Shown piece after piece: positions 41,149 through 56,955 of a DNA stretch of 64,000 nt. The notes under the pieces were generated by a model that searched no databases, was not told the origin of the DNA, and saw nothing but the letters and a program-made list of their open reading frames with translations. Position numbers and translations under genes: made by a program. The stretch is from Octopus sinensis (Eukaryota): NCBI RefSeq assembly GCF_006345805.1, contig NC_043008.1, positions 71,238,001 through 71,302,000 of the forward strand, written 5' to 3'. Positions within the stretch are counted from its first letter, which is position 1. Each line of letters begins with the position of its first letter.

Positions 41149-41934
41149 GACATTTAATTTGTATAACCGTTAACTAAGTTAACGTTTATTATAAGAAATA
41201 AGTATATATAAACTACGGTTTATATAGCTACCTTACAGTTGAGTGTTAGATGTAATGTTCAATATTCTTTGTATAGGTAACTAAACAGTACTTTCATATG
41301 AATTTGCTATCCCTGAATGAGGTTTGTAACATTTAATTGTACTTCTGTGTGTGTGTGTGTAGAAGTGAAAACACACACAGAGTCGCAAACGCACACTATC
41401 AAATACTGCATCACATACCAATTCCAAGGAACATTGATATTAAAGTACTAATACCCGCTCCCTTTCTAAATGCTATTGTGAACAAGATAACAAAATTTAA
41501 GTCTTTTAATGCATTTTACAAAAGAAATTATTGTCTTGAAAATGTGTGAGGTAAAAAATAAATAATATCTTTACTTCGATCACGATTTTCAAATTTAAGA
41601 GAATAATATTTAGTTCTGAAGACTTCCTGTCCTTTGTATGCAGAATCTAGTTTAAAATTAGAAATAAAAGAATTATACTTTAGGTGTTGATTTAGCGTGT
41701 TCACTCCTTAATTATCGCATCGTAGGAACCCAATCGAGGCTTCGTCTAATGATCTTTAGTTTATCTTCTATTTAAAACAGGCAAATTTTCACGATTTCTC
41801 AAGAAAATACTTGTAATTAAACAAAAGAAATTTAAGCCTAGGCAATAAATATTATACACACATACACCCACATATACATGTAAGTAAATATATATGTCTT
41901 TTTCTTTCTCGCTCTCTCTTTTTCTCTCGCTGTA

Positions 41935-41978
<44 letters not shown>

Positions 41979-42123
41979 CCAATTTTGCTACTCAAGACCT
42001 CTTCTAAACTAATACTATAGAATACCTGTAAATGTTGTATGTGCTTCTGCAAGTTTACACTTTATACAACGGGAACGACCGTTTGCTACATCATATCTAT
42101 GTATCTATTTATCTATCCATCTC

Positions 42124-42168
<45 letters not shown>

Positions 42169-42195
42169 ATATATCTATCTATCTATCTATCTATA

Positions 42196-42236
<41 letters not shown>

Positions 42237-42292
42237 GTTTGTCTGTCTATCTGTCTATTTATCTACACAGACACACACAAACACATACATAT

Positions 42293-42334
<42 letters not shown>

Positions 42335-43688
42335 GTTTATGAGTGAATGGGATAGAGAAAGATATAGATATACTTATATGTAATTATGGTATGCTTAGCA
42401 CTGTGTCTTGTGTATATACATTTATGTTTGTGTTTGTATCAGTGTATGTTACGCATCGATATAATTTTATTAATTTCCATTTTCTGCAAGGCATCATATA
42501 GGATATCTACCAATCAATGCTGTGTCATGCTTAGCAAACACCCAGATGCTATACACTTCCAATATTAACAAATCAAATCGTTATATGTCAACATAATTTT
42601 TTGCATCAGTTATTATTTATATCTGATGGAAAACATACATCCTCCATTGTTAATCTCATTATTTATTGATATGTTATCAAACCCTTCATCATTGTACATA
42701 CAACTTGTATTCTGATTGAATTCACGATCGTTTATTACAAGAAGGGTTTTTAAGATGTTCTAATCTTTCAGGTATTTCTATGAAAAGTTGGTGTTACAGG
42801 GAAGAACTATTGCATTACTTTATTTAATAGATTACTAGTTAAATAGGTGTTTATTGAGGATTTCTGAAGCCGGGCTTTGAAGGATACAACTGGCTGCTAT
42901 GTACTACATGCTAACTAGTATGAAACGCTAATATGTATAAGATACAGAACGGAATAAACACCAGTAAAAAAAAACTAACATTCAATAGCTCCTATTATTG
43001 GGTGTGGGTCTCCGTTGGTCTCGAAGATGTGTATTTTGTACTTTTGTACTTCGGGCAATTTTGTTGCTGCTCGCGAAAGTTGCGAGTAATTCATCGGCGA
43101 TTAATTCGTGAAATTGTCAGCATTAATCAATGAGACGCAATTGACTTGGCAACGATGCAAATTTCAACGAAAAAAAAGTTGTGTATAAGTGTATGTGCGT
43201 AAGTGTGCGTGTGTGTATGTGTGTGTGTTTTGTGTGTGTGTAGATGCCAGTTGGTTGTAAAGGGCATCAAAGCGTTTAAAATAGTCATATCCTCGAATAT
43301 TTATCTACCTACGAAGAAATACTATGGTCTGACTTCTAGCTTTCTACAAAATTATATATACATACAAACAGACACACTCAGACACACATATATATTGCAC
43401 ATGCATATATATGTATGTATGTATATGCATGTATTTATGAATAACTTATCATTGCTTTCATGCCGCTAAGAACTACCAGACTATCTGTCTTATGCCAAAT
43501 CATATTTACCTGGATTTGTTTTCCTTTCATTTGTTATTGGATGTCGTATATTCAATCTGGTCTAAGCACTAATATAACTGTATACAGTATACACCGTTTG
43601 GCATATTGTTACCCTTTGCACCACATGCACATATATGCGTGCGCGCAAGCGTGTGTGTGTCTGTGTGTGTATATATATGTATAAATAC

Positions 43689-43733
<45 letters not shown>

Positions 43734-43749
43734 TAGATATATACACACC

Positions 43750-43800
<51 letters not shown>

Positions 43801-43833
43801 CACACACACACACACACGCAAACACACACACAC

Positions 43834-43877
<44 letters not shown>

Positions 43878-43879
43878 CG

Positions 43880-44031
43880 AATTCCTTTCAGTTACCTTCT
43901 ATCAAATCCCCTCATGAGGCTTTGGTCAGCCCGAGGCTGTAGTAGAATACATTTGCCCAAGGCGCCACTAAACTTGGAACTGTGTGGTTTGGGGAGAAAA
44001 ATTCTTACCACACAGCTACGCCTGCGCCTAT
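43880..44031 (-). mobile_element. SINE, same family as 23512
   Basis: GGCTTTGGTCAGCCCGAGGCTGTAGTAGAA...TTACCACACAGCTACGCCTGCGCCT. Confidence 0.75.
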
Positions 44032-44094
44032 GTTATTTTTGTGTTGGCATGCACACACACACAAGCACAGGCACACACACAAACACATATAGTT

Positions 44095-44215
44095 GAAATT
44101 TACAGAAAAACAAAAGACGTAGACAGGTGTATAAAGAAAAAGCAGGTGTATTAGTTTGATGCTCGGGAAGGTAAGGAAATTTTCTCTATTTTGAGCCTAC
44201 TCTCTTCAGCAGACA
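44095..44215 (-). mobile_element. Degenerate PLE terminus, same family as 40500-40710
   Basis: Minus strand CTGCTGAAGAGAGTAGGCTCAAAA compared with CTGTTGAAGAGCGTAGGCTCGAAA. TTTTGTTTTTCTGTAAATTTC tail. Confidence 0.6.
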
Positions 44216-45592
44216 TGTATATGTTTATGGGTGTCTTTGTTTAGTATACACAAAACAGAATGTAAGAGGGGAATGTGGGGGTGAACTGGCGTCAGTACTG
44301 GATTTGATAGTCTGTCTAATTATTGCAAAAGATTGAAAGTCAAGCTTGGGCATGTTAATATTTGAACTCATGACACAAGCGATCGAGGTGGCATACCAAA
44401 ATACATTCTGCTACTCTAAAAATATGTCGCCAATATTATTTTCTATGCTACATAAAACAGTTTTTGATAGTTTTGAAAGGAAACAATTATGGCTTTGTAA
44501 ATAGCTAATACAAGACTTAAATTTTCAATAATTACTTTGATGATTATGATGATGATGATGATGTTGATAGAGAGGATGTTGATGGTGATGATGTTGATGA
44601 TGATGACGACGACGATGACCACTACGATATTGATGTTGTTGAATACATTATATATTTTCTCTAGTAATTCTATTTTCTCACACCGAAAAACTTTTATATT
44701 TCCTTCTATTGTTTAGAGAAATACCTACGATATATTTATTTCCCCGAGACAATGGTGTAACCATGTTGTGATGATGACGACGAGGTCAAAGAAGACGACG
44801 TCGACGATGATGATAATAATAATGATAATGGTAGTGGTGGGGTATGAGGGTGTTTGTGTAGGTCACAGTTAGAAGCTAAGTACGGACGCGAGTTGATAAT
44901 GGGGTTGGTAAAAAGGTATGTAAAATGGTAGTAAAATTACATAGATGCTCTTAATGATACATGACACGAGGTTAATGATGTGTTTAATGGTGTATGAAAG
45001 CTGAACCATCAAATTGTTAAATGATGTATGCAGTGGAATCTTAATATTTTGGATTTCTTACAATGACTGGCTATTAACAAGACTTAGTAGTTAATATCTG
45101 AACCGGGAATCAAGCTGGACGATACCCAGATAAATATTTGGCAGATGTTGTTGGTAAACCTCCTTACGATAACGAATATTAATTTAGAAGAGAGACAGGG
45201 AGGGAGAGAATGGGAGAGAGAGAGAGTAGGAGTGAGAGGGAAAGAGAAGGGAAGGGTGAGGATAGATACAGAGGGAGAGATTGATTGAAAGAGATAGATA
45301 GAGAGAGAGAAAAGAAGTTGGGAAGAGATAAGTTACATCATATGCAATGAAAGAAACCATTTAATATATTAGATGAAAAAGTTTTAATTTAAATATAACA
45401 TTTGCGGACCATTTCCCTCTCTTAGACTCTCCCACATACAATCTGACACATACAGACACGCACAAGCACAAACACGCATGTACACAAATACATACACATA
45501 TATATATGTATACTTCTATAATATATATACACACACATATATATATGTATATTTGCTTATATGGTTGTCTCTCTCTCTCTCTCTCTCTCTCT

Positions 45593-45684
<92 letters not shown>

Positions 45685-47918
45685 TATATGAATATAAGTT
45701 ATACAAGAAAAATTAGCCAACATAATATCTTCAATGTATGAAGCTATTAGTAGCTCAGAACTATATATTGTGTACATTAAACAATATTTATTTCTCACCA
45801 GAAGTTTTGTTTTGTTAATCTTACCTAATCGGAAAAGTTAACCAATGAAAACCATCACTGACCATTACCTATGTTTCATCCGGGTTCGTACTCGCTGCTT
45901 TCATGGTCACCACAGTATCCTCAGACGCTACAAGGCATCAGAAATTCACCTCTACGGTGATTGCACAACCTAAAATTTGTGGTCCAATAAGGCTTGCAAA
46001 ATAAACACCCTCCACCATATCGGTATGATCCAGCGACAAGCTAAGGAATAATATCCAGTGCCAATATATGTATTTATTTATGTATGTATGTATGCATGTA
46101 TGTATGTATGTATGTATGTATGTATGTATGTATGTATGCATGCATTTAAATTTCTAATCAAAAATTGATAGCCACGTAATATCTGAGCCGAATGATATTT
46201 GGTCAATATATCGCGACCTTGCAATTTATCAACATTTGATGGGCGTAGAAACATATAATTTTGTATTTTTAGACCTTTATCACAGTTTATATCTCCACTA
46301 GTGGCATAAATATGAAACGTTAATGGAGACTATATCACTGTCTTATAAGCTTAAAATCGTCTCCAAATCTTTTTGTCTATAACCAGAAGAGCAGATCGAT
46401 GATCAGATTCATTCCACCCGGAAATATCCTGTAATATGAAAAGGGCTATGATGTTTAAAGTAGTTTTGTATATCTTATACCGTTCAAATAATTCAATTTT
46501 GATAGTGAATAACTGTTGCTATTTCTAGTGCATTGAAGGATTCTGGTTGATTCCATTCTGTTGTGCATCACTGCCATTTGTTTCGTTGCAGGATGAAAAA
46601 TTTAATCAGAAACCTTTTTAAAGAAACGAATAACTGAAGGAATGAAAAAGTGGCAAAAAAAAAAAAAATAAAAAATCTGAAGATAAAAATATTCTTAATA
46701 TTTATTTTTAAGTTTAAATATAGCGAATTGCTTCGTCTGTAAATTCAGCTTTGCAAGATTATTAACAAACATATTAGAGGCAATTCATATGAGACGTTCA
46801 AACATTTAATCATAGTGTATATGATGCTATTGCAGCTGACGTAATGGCAACGACTACGACAAGGATTTATTAAAATGTGTTTTGATCGAGTGCACATCGG
46901 GCGAATACCATATCAGGGGTGAAATTTAGTTAAATCTATATTATACCTATATTCTCATCATATCTAGAAAATCATTGTTTCCTATAGAGGTGGGGAATGT
47001 TTTCGTCGGTGATTTAGCTTCTATCTAGCTACACGGTCAAGCATGTTCAGTCTTTCACTCATGCCCCATGTGTATTACACAACGTTGACCTGAATGACCT
47101 AATTTTTACATAACATTGCTTCAATATCGTTTCACAACAGGTTTCATACAAATATATACAAGTATGCAATAAAATATTTTTGTTTTTTATCATTTTTTTT
47201 TCAGTAGATAACTTAGCTAAAAATTACGTTTCTTTGCTTAACAACGAAATGAAAGCTTTTACAGAGTTTTCTTATTGCTTTCTTATACACATACATTGAG
47301 AAGTGTAAATATTAGGCTAAATGTTGACCCAACAATACCCATTGCACAAATAAACCTTATATTTACATTTAGAATATAAATGTAGAATCAGCTTATAATG
47401 TATAAATATATTATTAAACTGTATTTCGAAGCGAACACTGCTATAAATAAACGTATATAATATATCTGATAAATGTCCTTTGGTTAGAAAAGAGTGATAG
47501 CTATGCGGGAGACTCGAAACAAACATCTGTAACCATGCGAGATGTAATACCAATTACACCAAAGTAATCATCGGTTATATTAAATTATGATTCCTTTCAA
47601 TGGAACAAGGACAAATGTTTTTAGGTGGATGAGATACAATGTCTATCATCAATACCATTACCAAGTTACACTTCGTATTTGACTCCATATGTTGTTCAAT
47701 TTCAATAGTATCGAAGCAGAAGGGATAATCTAAACTCCTGCTATTTGTACCATTCGACCATTTCAGAGAGATAGGAATGAGACTAAATTCAGATTATTTC
47801 TGATAAATTTCAATAACGTTACACAAATATTATATTCCACCGTTAAAAAATATCACAGCTAACTAAATATACAGTGTTATCGTTACCTATTTTATCGTAA
47901 GCCGTCACAAATGACATA

Positions 47919-50320
<2,402 letters not shown>

Positions 50321-51051
50321 ACAGAAATTTTGTAAAATACGTACAAAGAGATTGAATCTGTATGTTGGTGATGTATGACTTACAATGTCGCTGGATCGAA
50401 TGCCGCCATTCTGCCGTTGGATGTATTAATTGGAGTTCATCCTAATGGTATAGGCAAGTTCACCAGCCAGAGCCTAAGTGTCACCCTCCTACCATTCTTC
50501 TAATCTATAATATGTATTACGGGCGTTGCTCTTTCTCCATCAGCTTTCGGCAATTAAAAACATTAAGAAAACCATTTGAAATTTGTATTTCCTGTTGTTG
50601 AATGTTGACGTATACGCGAAAAGATTTTGGATTTGGACAAACCACAAATTTTTAATATATCATATTAACTAGACTAGGAAAAAAATCAGTATTGTTATTT
50701 CTTGTCTATGAAACTCGTTTTGCGGCCATGTGTTTTGGGGTTGAGGTCTTCTGTGTGGCCACTTCAGCAAGTGCCCCCTATTATAGCTCTGGCGTTACCA
50801 ATGCCTTGCGAGGAAAGTCGATAGACGAAAAGTGTGTAGAAGTCCGTTATGTGTGTGTATACATATATATATATATATATATATATGAGTGTGTGTGCGT
50901 GTGTATTTGTGTGTATATGTGTATGTATGTATGAATGTATATATGTATATATATATATATATATATATGAGTGTGTGTGCGTGTATATTTGTGTGTATGT
51001 ATGTATGTATGTATGTATGTATATGTATACATATATTTACATATATATATA

Positions 51052-54000
51052 CGAATATGAACAAGAAGGGTAGTAATATTATTTACTACCAGGTGCCCAG
51101 CACAAAAGACGAATTAGTCATAAGACAAAAATATTATTCATATAGAAAAATATTATTCATGTAGTTATACAATTAAGGGCTCCTAAATTAAGATGCCGAG
51201 TGCTGGGAACACAAAAAGGGGATGAATTTATCGAGAGTGAAAATCAAAAACGTTTACCGATAACTTTAACTCGAACCGCGGTTTCTGCTTCTTTCTAGCA
51301 AAACACAAATATGTTTGCTAAGGCTAGCTTCATCAGCGAGTCGCCTAAATTTAATCGAGGTCTGCAGCGATGTGGGACCATGTGTTGATCTCGAACTACT
51401 AGCAGATCATAACTTTTCAAATCTCTGCGCAGACGCAAAACTTACACGGCAGTATAGGGCATGCCGGGAAGAATTTTACGAATAAATCCATCATGTAATA
51501 TGCGAATATGAACAAGAAGGGTAGTAATATTATTTACTACCAGGTGCCCAGCACAAAAGACGAATTAGTCATAAGACAAACATATTATTCATATAGAAAA
51601 ATATTATTCATGTAGTTATACAATTAAGGGCTCCTAAATTAAGTTGCCGAGTGCTGGGAACACAAAAAGGGGATGAATTTATCGAGAGTGAAAATCAAAA
51701 ACGTTTACCGATAACTTTAACTCGAACCGCGGTTTCTGCTTCTTTCTAGCAAAACACAAAATATGTTTGCTAAGGCTAGCTTCATCAGCGAGTCGCCTAA
51801 ATTTAATCGAGGTCTGCAGCAATGTGGGACCATGTGTTGATCTCGAACTACTAGCAGATCTTAACTTTTCAAATCTCTGCGCAGAGGCAAAACTTACACG
51901 GCAGTATAGGGCATGCCGGGAAGAATTTTACGAATAAATCCATCATGTAATATGCGAATATGAACAAGAAGGGTAGTAATATTATTTACTACCAGGTGCC
52001 CAGCACAAAAGACGAATTAGTCATCAGACAAAAATATTATTCATATAGAAAAATATTATTCATGTAGTTATACAATTAAGGGCTCCTAAATTAAGATGCC
52101 GAGTGCTGGGAACACAAAAAGGGGATGAATTTATAGAGAGTGAAAATCAAAAACGTTTACCGATAACTTTAACTCGAACCGCGGTTTCTGCTTCTTTCTA
52201 GCAAAACACAAAATATGTTTGCTAACGCTAGCTTCATCAGCGAGTCGCCTAAAGTTAATCGAGGTCTGCAGCGATGTGGGACCATGTGTTGATCTCGAAC
52301 TACTAGCAGATCTTAACTTTTCAAATCTCTGCGCAGACGCAAAACTTACACGGCAGTATAGGGCATGCCGGGAAGAATTTTACGAATAAATCCATCATGT
52401 AATATGCGAATATGAACAAGAAGGGTAGTAATATTATTTACTACCAGGTGCCCAGCACAAAAGACGAATTAGTCACAAGACAAAAATATTATTCATATAG
52501 AAAAATATTATTCATGTAGTTATACAATTAAGGGCTCCTAAATTAAGATGCCGAGTGCTGGGAACACAAAAAGGGGATGAATTTATCGAGAGTGAAAATC
52601 AAAAACGTTTACCGATAACTTTAACTCGAACCGCGGTTTCTGCTTCTTTCTAGCAAAACACAAAATATGTTTGCTAAGGCTAGCTTCATCAGCGAGTCGC
52701 CTAAATTTAATCGAGGTCTGCAGCGATGTGGGACCATGTGTTGATCCCGAACTACTAGCAGATCATAACTTTTCAAATCTCTGCGCAGACGCAAAACTTA
52801 CACGGCAGTATAGGGCATGCCGGGAAGAATTTTACGAATAAATCCATCATGTAATATGCGAATATGAACAAGAAGGGTAGTAATATTATTTACTACCAGG
52901 TGCCCAGCACAAAAGACGAATTAGTCACAAGACAAAAATATTATTCATATAGAAAATATTATTCATGTAGTTATACAATTAAGGGCTCCTAAATTAAGAT
53001 GCCGAGTGCTGGGAACACAAAAAGGGGATGAATTTATCGAGAGTGAAAATCAAAAACGTTTACCGATAACTTTAACTCGAACCGCGGTTTCTGCTTCTTT
53101 CTAGCAAAACACAAAATATGTTTGCTAAGGCTAGCTTCATCAGCGAGTCGCCTAAATTTAATCGAGGTCTGCAGCGATGTGGGACCATGTGTTGATCTCG
53201 AACTACTAGCAGATCATAACTTTCGAATCTCTGCGCAGACGCAAAACTTACACGGCAGTATAGGGCATGCCGGGAAGAATTTTACGAATAAATCCATCAT
53301 GTAATATGCGAATATGAACAAGAAGGGTAGTAATATTATTTACTACCAGGTGCCCAGCACAAAAGACGAATTAGTCACAAGACAAAAATATTATTCATAT
53401 AGAAAAATATTATTCATGTAGTTATACAATTAAGGGCTCCTAAATTAAGATGCCGAGTGCTGGGAACACAAAAAGGGGATGAATTTATCGAGAGTGAAAA
53501 TCAAAAACGTTTACCGATAACTTTAACTCGAACCGCGGTTTCTGCTTCTTTCTAGCAAAACACAAAATATGTTTGCTAAGGCTAGCTTCATCAGCGAGTC
53601 GCCTAAATTTAATCGAGGTCTGCAGCGATGTGGGACCATGTGTTGATCTCGAACTACTAGCAGATCTTAACTTTTCAAATCTCTGCGCAGACGCAAAACT
53701 TACACGGCAGTATAGGGCATGCCGGGAAGAATTTTACGAATAAATCCATCATGTAATATGCGAATATGAACAAGAAGGGTAGTAATATTATTTACTACCA
53801 GGTGCCCAGCACAAAAGACGAATTAGTCATCAGACAAAAATATTATTCATATAGAAAAATATTATTCATGTAGTTATACAATTAAGGGCTCCTAAATTAA
53901 GATGCCGAGTGCTGGGAACACAAAAAGGGGATGAATTTATCGAGAGTGAAAATCAAAAACGTTTACCGATAACTTTAACTCGAACCGCGGTTTCTGCTTC

Positions 54001-54118
54001 TTTCTAGCAAAACACAAAATATGTTTGCTAAGGCTAGCTTCATCAGCGAGTCGCCTAAATTTAATCGAGGTCTGCAGCGATGTGGGACCATGTGTTGATC
54101 TCGAACTACTAGCAGATC
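51052..54118 (-). repeat. Tandem array of ~452-bp units (6 full plus ~0.8), retrozyme- or PLE pseudo-LTR-like
   Basis: GAATATGAACAAG recurs at 51053, 51504, 51956, 52408, 52860, 53310 and 53762. Units are nearly identical. Direct repeats flank the array at 51032-51051 and 54119-54138. Confidence 0.95.
51268..51342 (-). ncRNA. Type I HHR-like motif, array unit 1 (also 51719-51794, 52171-52246, 52623-52698, 53074-53149, 53525-53600, 53977-54052)
   Basis: GACUCG-CUGAUGA-A-GCU...(UAGCAAA/UUUGCUA hairpin)...AGC-A-GAA-ACCGCGGU-U^CGAGUU. Confidence 0.65.
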
Positions 54119-54124
54119 TATATT

Positions 54125-54199
<75 letters not shown>

Positions 54200-55262
54200 G
54201 AGAAGGCTTTTGTGTAAGGCCAGAATAATGCGAGTAGGTAAAAGAAAAGATAACAAAGTTGCAGTTTTACCTTGTGTTTCTATATTGCGGGTTGATAGCC
54301 CCTTCTTCGGGACATATGGAAAAAGCTGTAGTTGGAAAAGGTCGTTCCTCGGATGTGTGTGGCAGAGGCAACGAGGAAGGAGGAAGCTGACAAGCGCAGA
54401 CCGGTGTTGCTATAGCATCCAGTCTGCTTTGTGTAGTTCCTTCCTATCGTCCATGGCTAGTCTCAATTTGTTTGCAAGGAAACCTGGGCTCAATTTGCTT
54501 ATAAAGAGCCGTTATACGGCTATCTACGATGTGTAACTAAACGACTGCATCCACGAAACACAAATAAGTGGGTAAACAACATAAGAAAGCTAATAACACC
54601 AAGTCGGAAAACTGCTTCCTTAAACTGCTCTACTTCGATGACCGAATAGCTGTAGTAATTCAATATGCCATCCGCAGCGAAGGACTCAACATACAGTTGG
54701 TACACACTGGCCCATCCCTGAAGAAAGTTCTGTCGTTGGAAAATGCCTCAGAGAGTACCGTAGGATGCACACTCAGCAATGACATCAAGCATGCTGGTTG
54801 GCTTATGGAGCATTCGAAGTAGTCTGTAGTAAATGCGCAGCGTGCTACATAGGGAGCACGACTAGGAAACTACACATCCGAATAAAGGAGCATATGCACA
54901 CGGACACCTCATTAAAGAAACGTCTTAGGAAATAGCAAACCCAGAATTTCAAAGTTTCCATCAAGGCAACCTAACACAACAGAGGTAATCTCAGAATTAT
55001 GGAAGCCCTCCATATGAAAAAATTGAGACCAGCTTTGAACAACAAGAAGGAACTACACGCATGTCGCCTTCCTCTTTCGTTCCAATACATATCTGATCAA
55101 CGACCTTTTCTAACTACCGTTTTTACCAAGTGTCTTGAAGAAGCGGTGTTCACCCCGAAAAAAATACAAAGTAAAGCTGCAACCTTTTTTCTGTTTTCTT
55201 TTCGTTTTGTAGTTTACTTTGTACCTTCTCGTATTTTTCCGGCCTTACACAAGAACTTTCTT
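54200..55262 (+). mobile_element. Penelope-like element relic with inverted pseudo-LTR
   Basis: Plus strand FLKLLYFDD...GPSLKKVL, FEVVCSKC..CYIGSTTRKLHIRIKEH...EALHMKKLRPALNNKKEL. 54200-~54520 is a diverged inverted copy of ~55000-55262. Confidence 0.85.
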
Positions 55263-55295
55263 TAATGCCATACCTCAAAATGTTTCAAAATGTTT

Positions 55296-55344
<49 letters not shown>

Positions 55345-56677
55345 GGTGTGGGTGTGTGTGTGTGCGTGCGTGTGTCTGTCTGTTTGTGTATGTATATGTG
55401 TGTGTTCGTGTCATTGCGTTTGTTTTCAACCCCACTAGCTCTTGACAATTAATGTTGATTTGTTTACATCCAAGTAAGTTAGTGGACATGTCAACGCGAC
55501 TGATATTATACATACCAAACTTACTGAGATCGATTGTTGTCTAAACCTTCCAGGAGGTACCCGAGTATAGCTGCAGTTCAATCGGGAAAATATTGAAATT
55601 AATTATTTCATTCCTTGTAGTTTGGAATCACACTCAAGGAAACCATTTTCTGTCATTTAATAAGAAGTCATCTGTTTGTCTGATTTCATCTATTGCTATC
55701 TCTTCAGCGTCAAATTTAACCTGGGTCTTAGCAAACATTATATAACATTTTAATCAACTACGTATCATGATTACATCGAGGTCCTCTTGTCTTGCAATTT
55801 ATTGTCCGTACCTTTTGAAATTTTACTTCCGGAAGAAGAAACCTTAATAAACGAATAATAAAAACTAAAACGTTTCTCATGAAATCAATGCTGATGCAGA
55901 AATGTGTATTTAACACGTTTCATGATTTGCTTTCGTAGAATAATATTCGACATTCTAAGTTCTAATAAACCGGAAGTATTATAATGAAACTACTGAATTA
56001 TTGTAGAATTCCAGCTGTTGTATATTTAAATTGAACGTTTTGGATTTTATAGAAGAATATATTTCAGCTTGTGCTTGAATGATTAAACAATTTCTCATTC
56101 TTTAAATGTTGCCGCATTAATTCTTTCGTCTGCTAAATTAATTTAATATAGAAAATATATCATATATATTAGCAATATGTCACATATCTCTGGTTACCTA
56201 ACAAGCATACTGATTTGTTCTAGTTGTTGATGTTTATGCTATTGTTGTTGATGATGATGGTTTGCTTTTTTACGTTTATCTTTTTAATATCACTTGATTT
56301 CGGATATTCCAATTTATCACGAAGAATCGGCGAAAGTATGACAAAAATCCTTTTACTTGGTATTTATATGACATCTGAATGTATGATATATATGTCTGAT
56401 CATCATATATTCCTTCATCTAAACTTTGAAATAACCACCTCCAGTGAGCACGTGATTTACTGCAGTTCACCAATGACATCATTGTATCAATAGTAAAGTT
56501 GTTGCTGCCGTCGATGTTGTTGTTGTTTAACCCCAGTTCATTATTGATTGAAAAGTCCTATGATCAAAGTGGTTTAAATCTTAATCATACCAATGTCCTT
56601 TAATATTTACTCATATCTCAATATACGTACATGCATAAATTCACACTATGCATAACTCGATATCTGTCTATCTATCG

Positions 56678-56821
<144 letters not shown>

Positions 56822-56859
56822 ACCTATCTATCTATCTATATATCTATCTACCTACCTAC

Positions 56860-56891
<32 letters not shown>

Positions 56892-56923
56892 ATATCTATC
56901 TATCTATCTATCTATATATGTAT

Positions 56924-56955
<32 letters not shown>

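Noticed and set aside
45870-46050. Cys-rich or WD-like exon on the minus strand
   Set aside because: Several competing frames with stops and no recognisable domain.
51052-54118. Array as CRISPR, 5S/rDNA or a coding repeat (ORF 53122-53304)
   Set aside because: No spacers and no rRNA or tRNA motifs. The ORF is open only in the unit carrying an indel.
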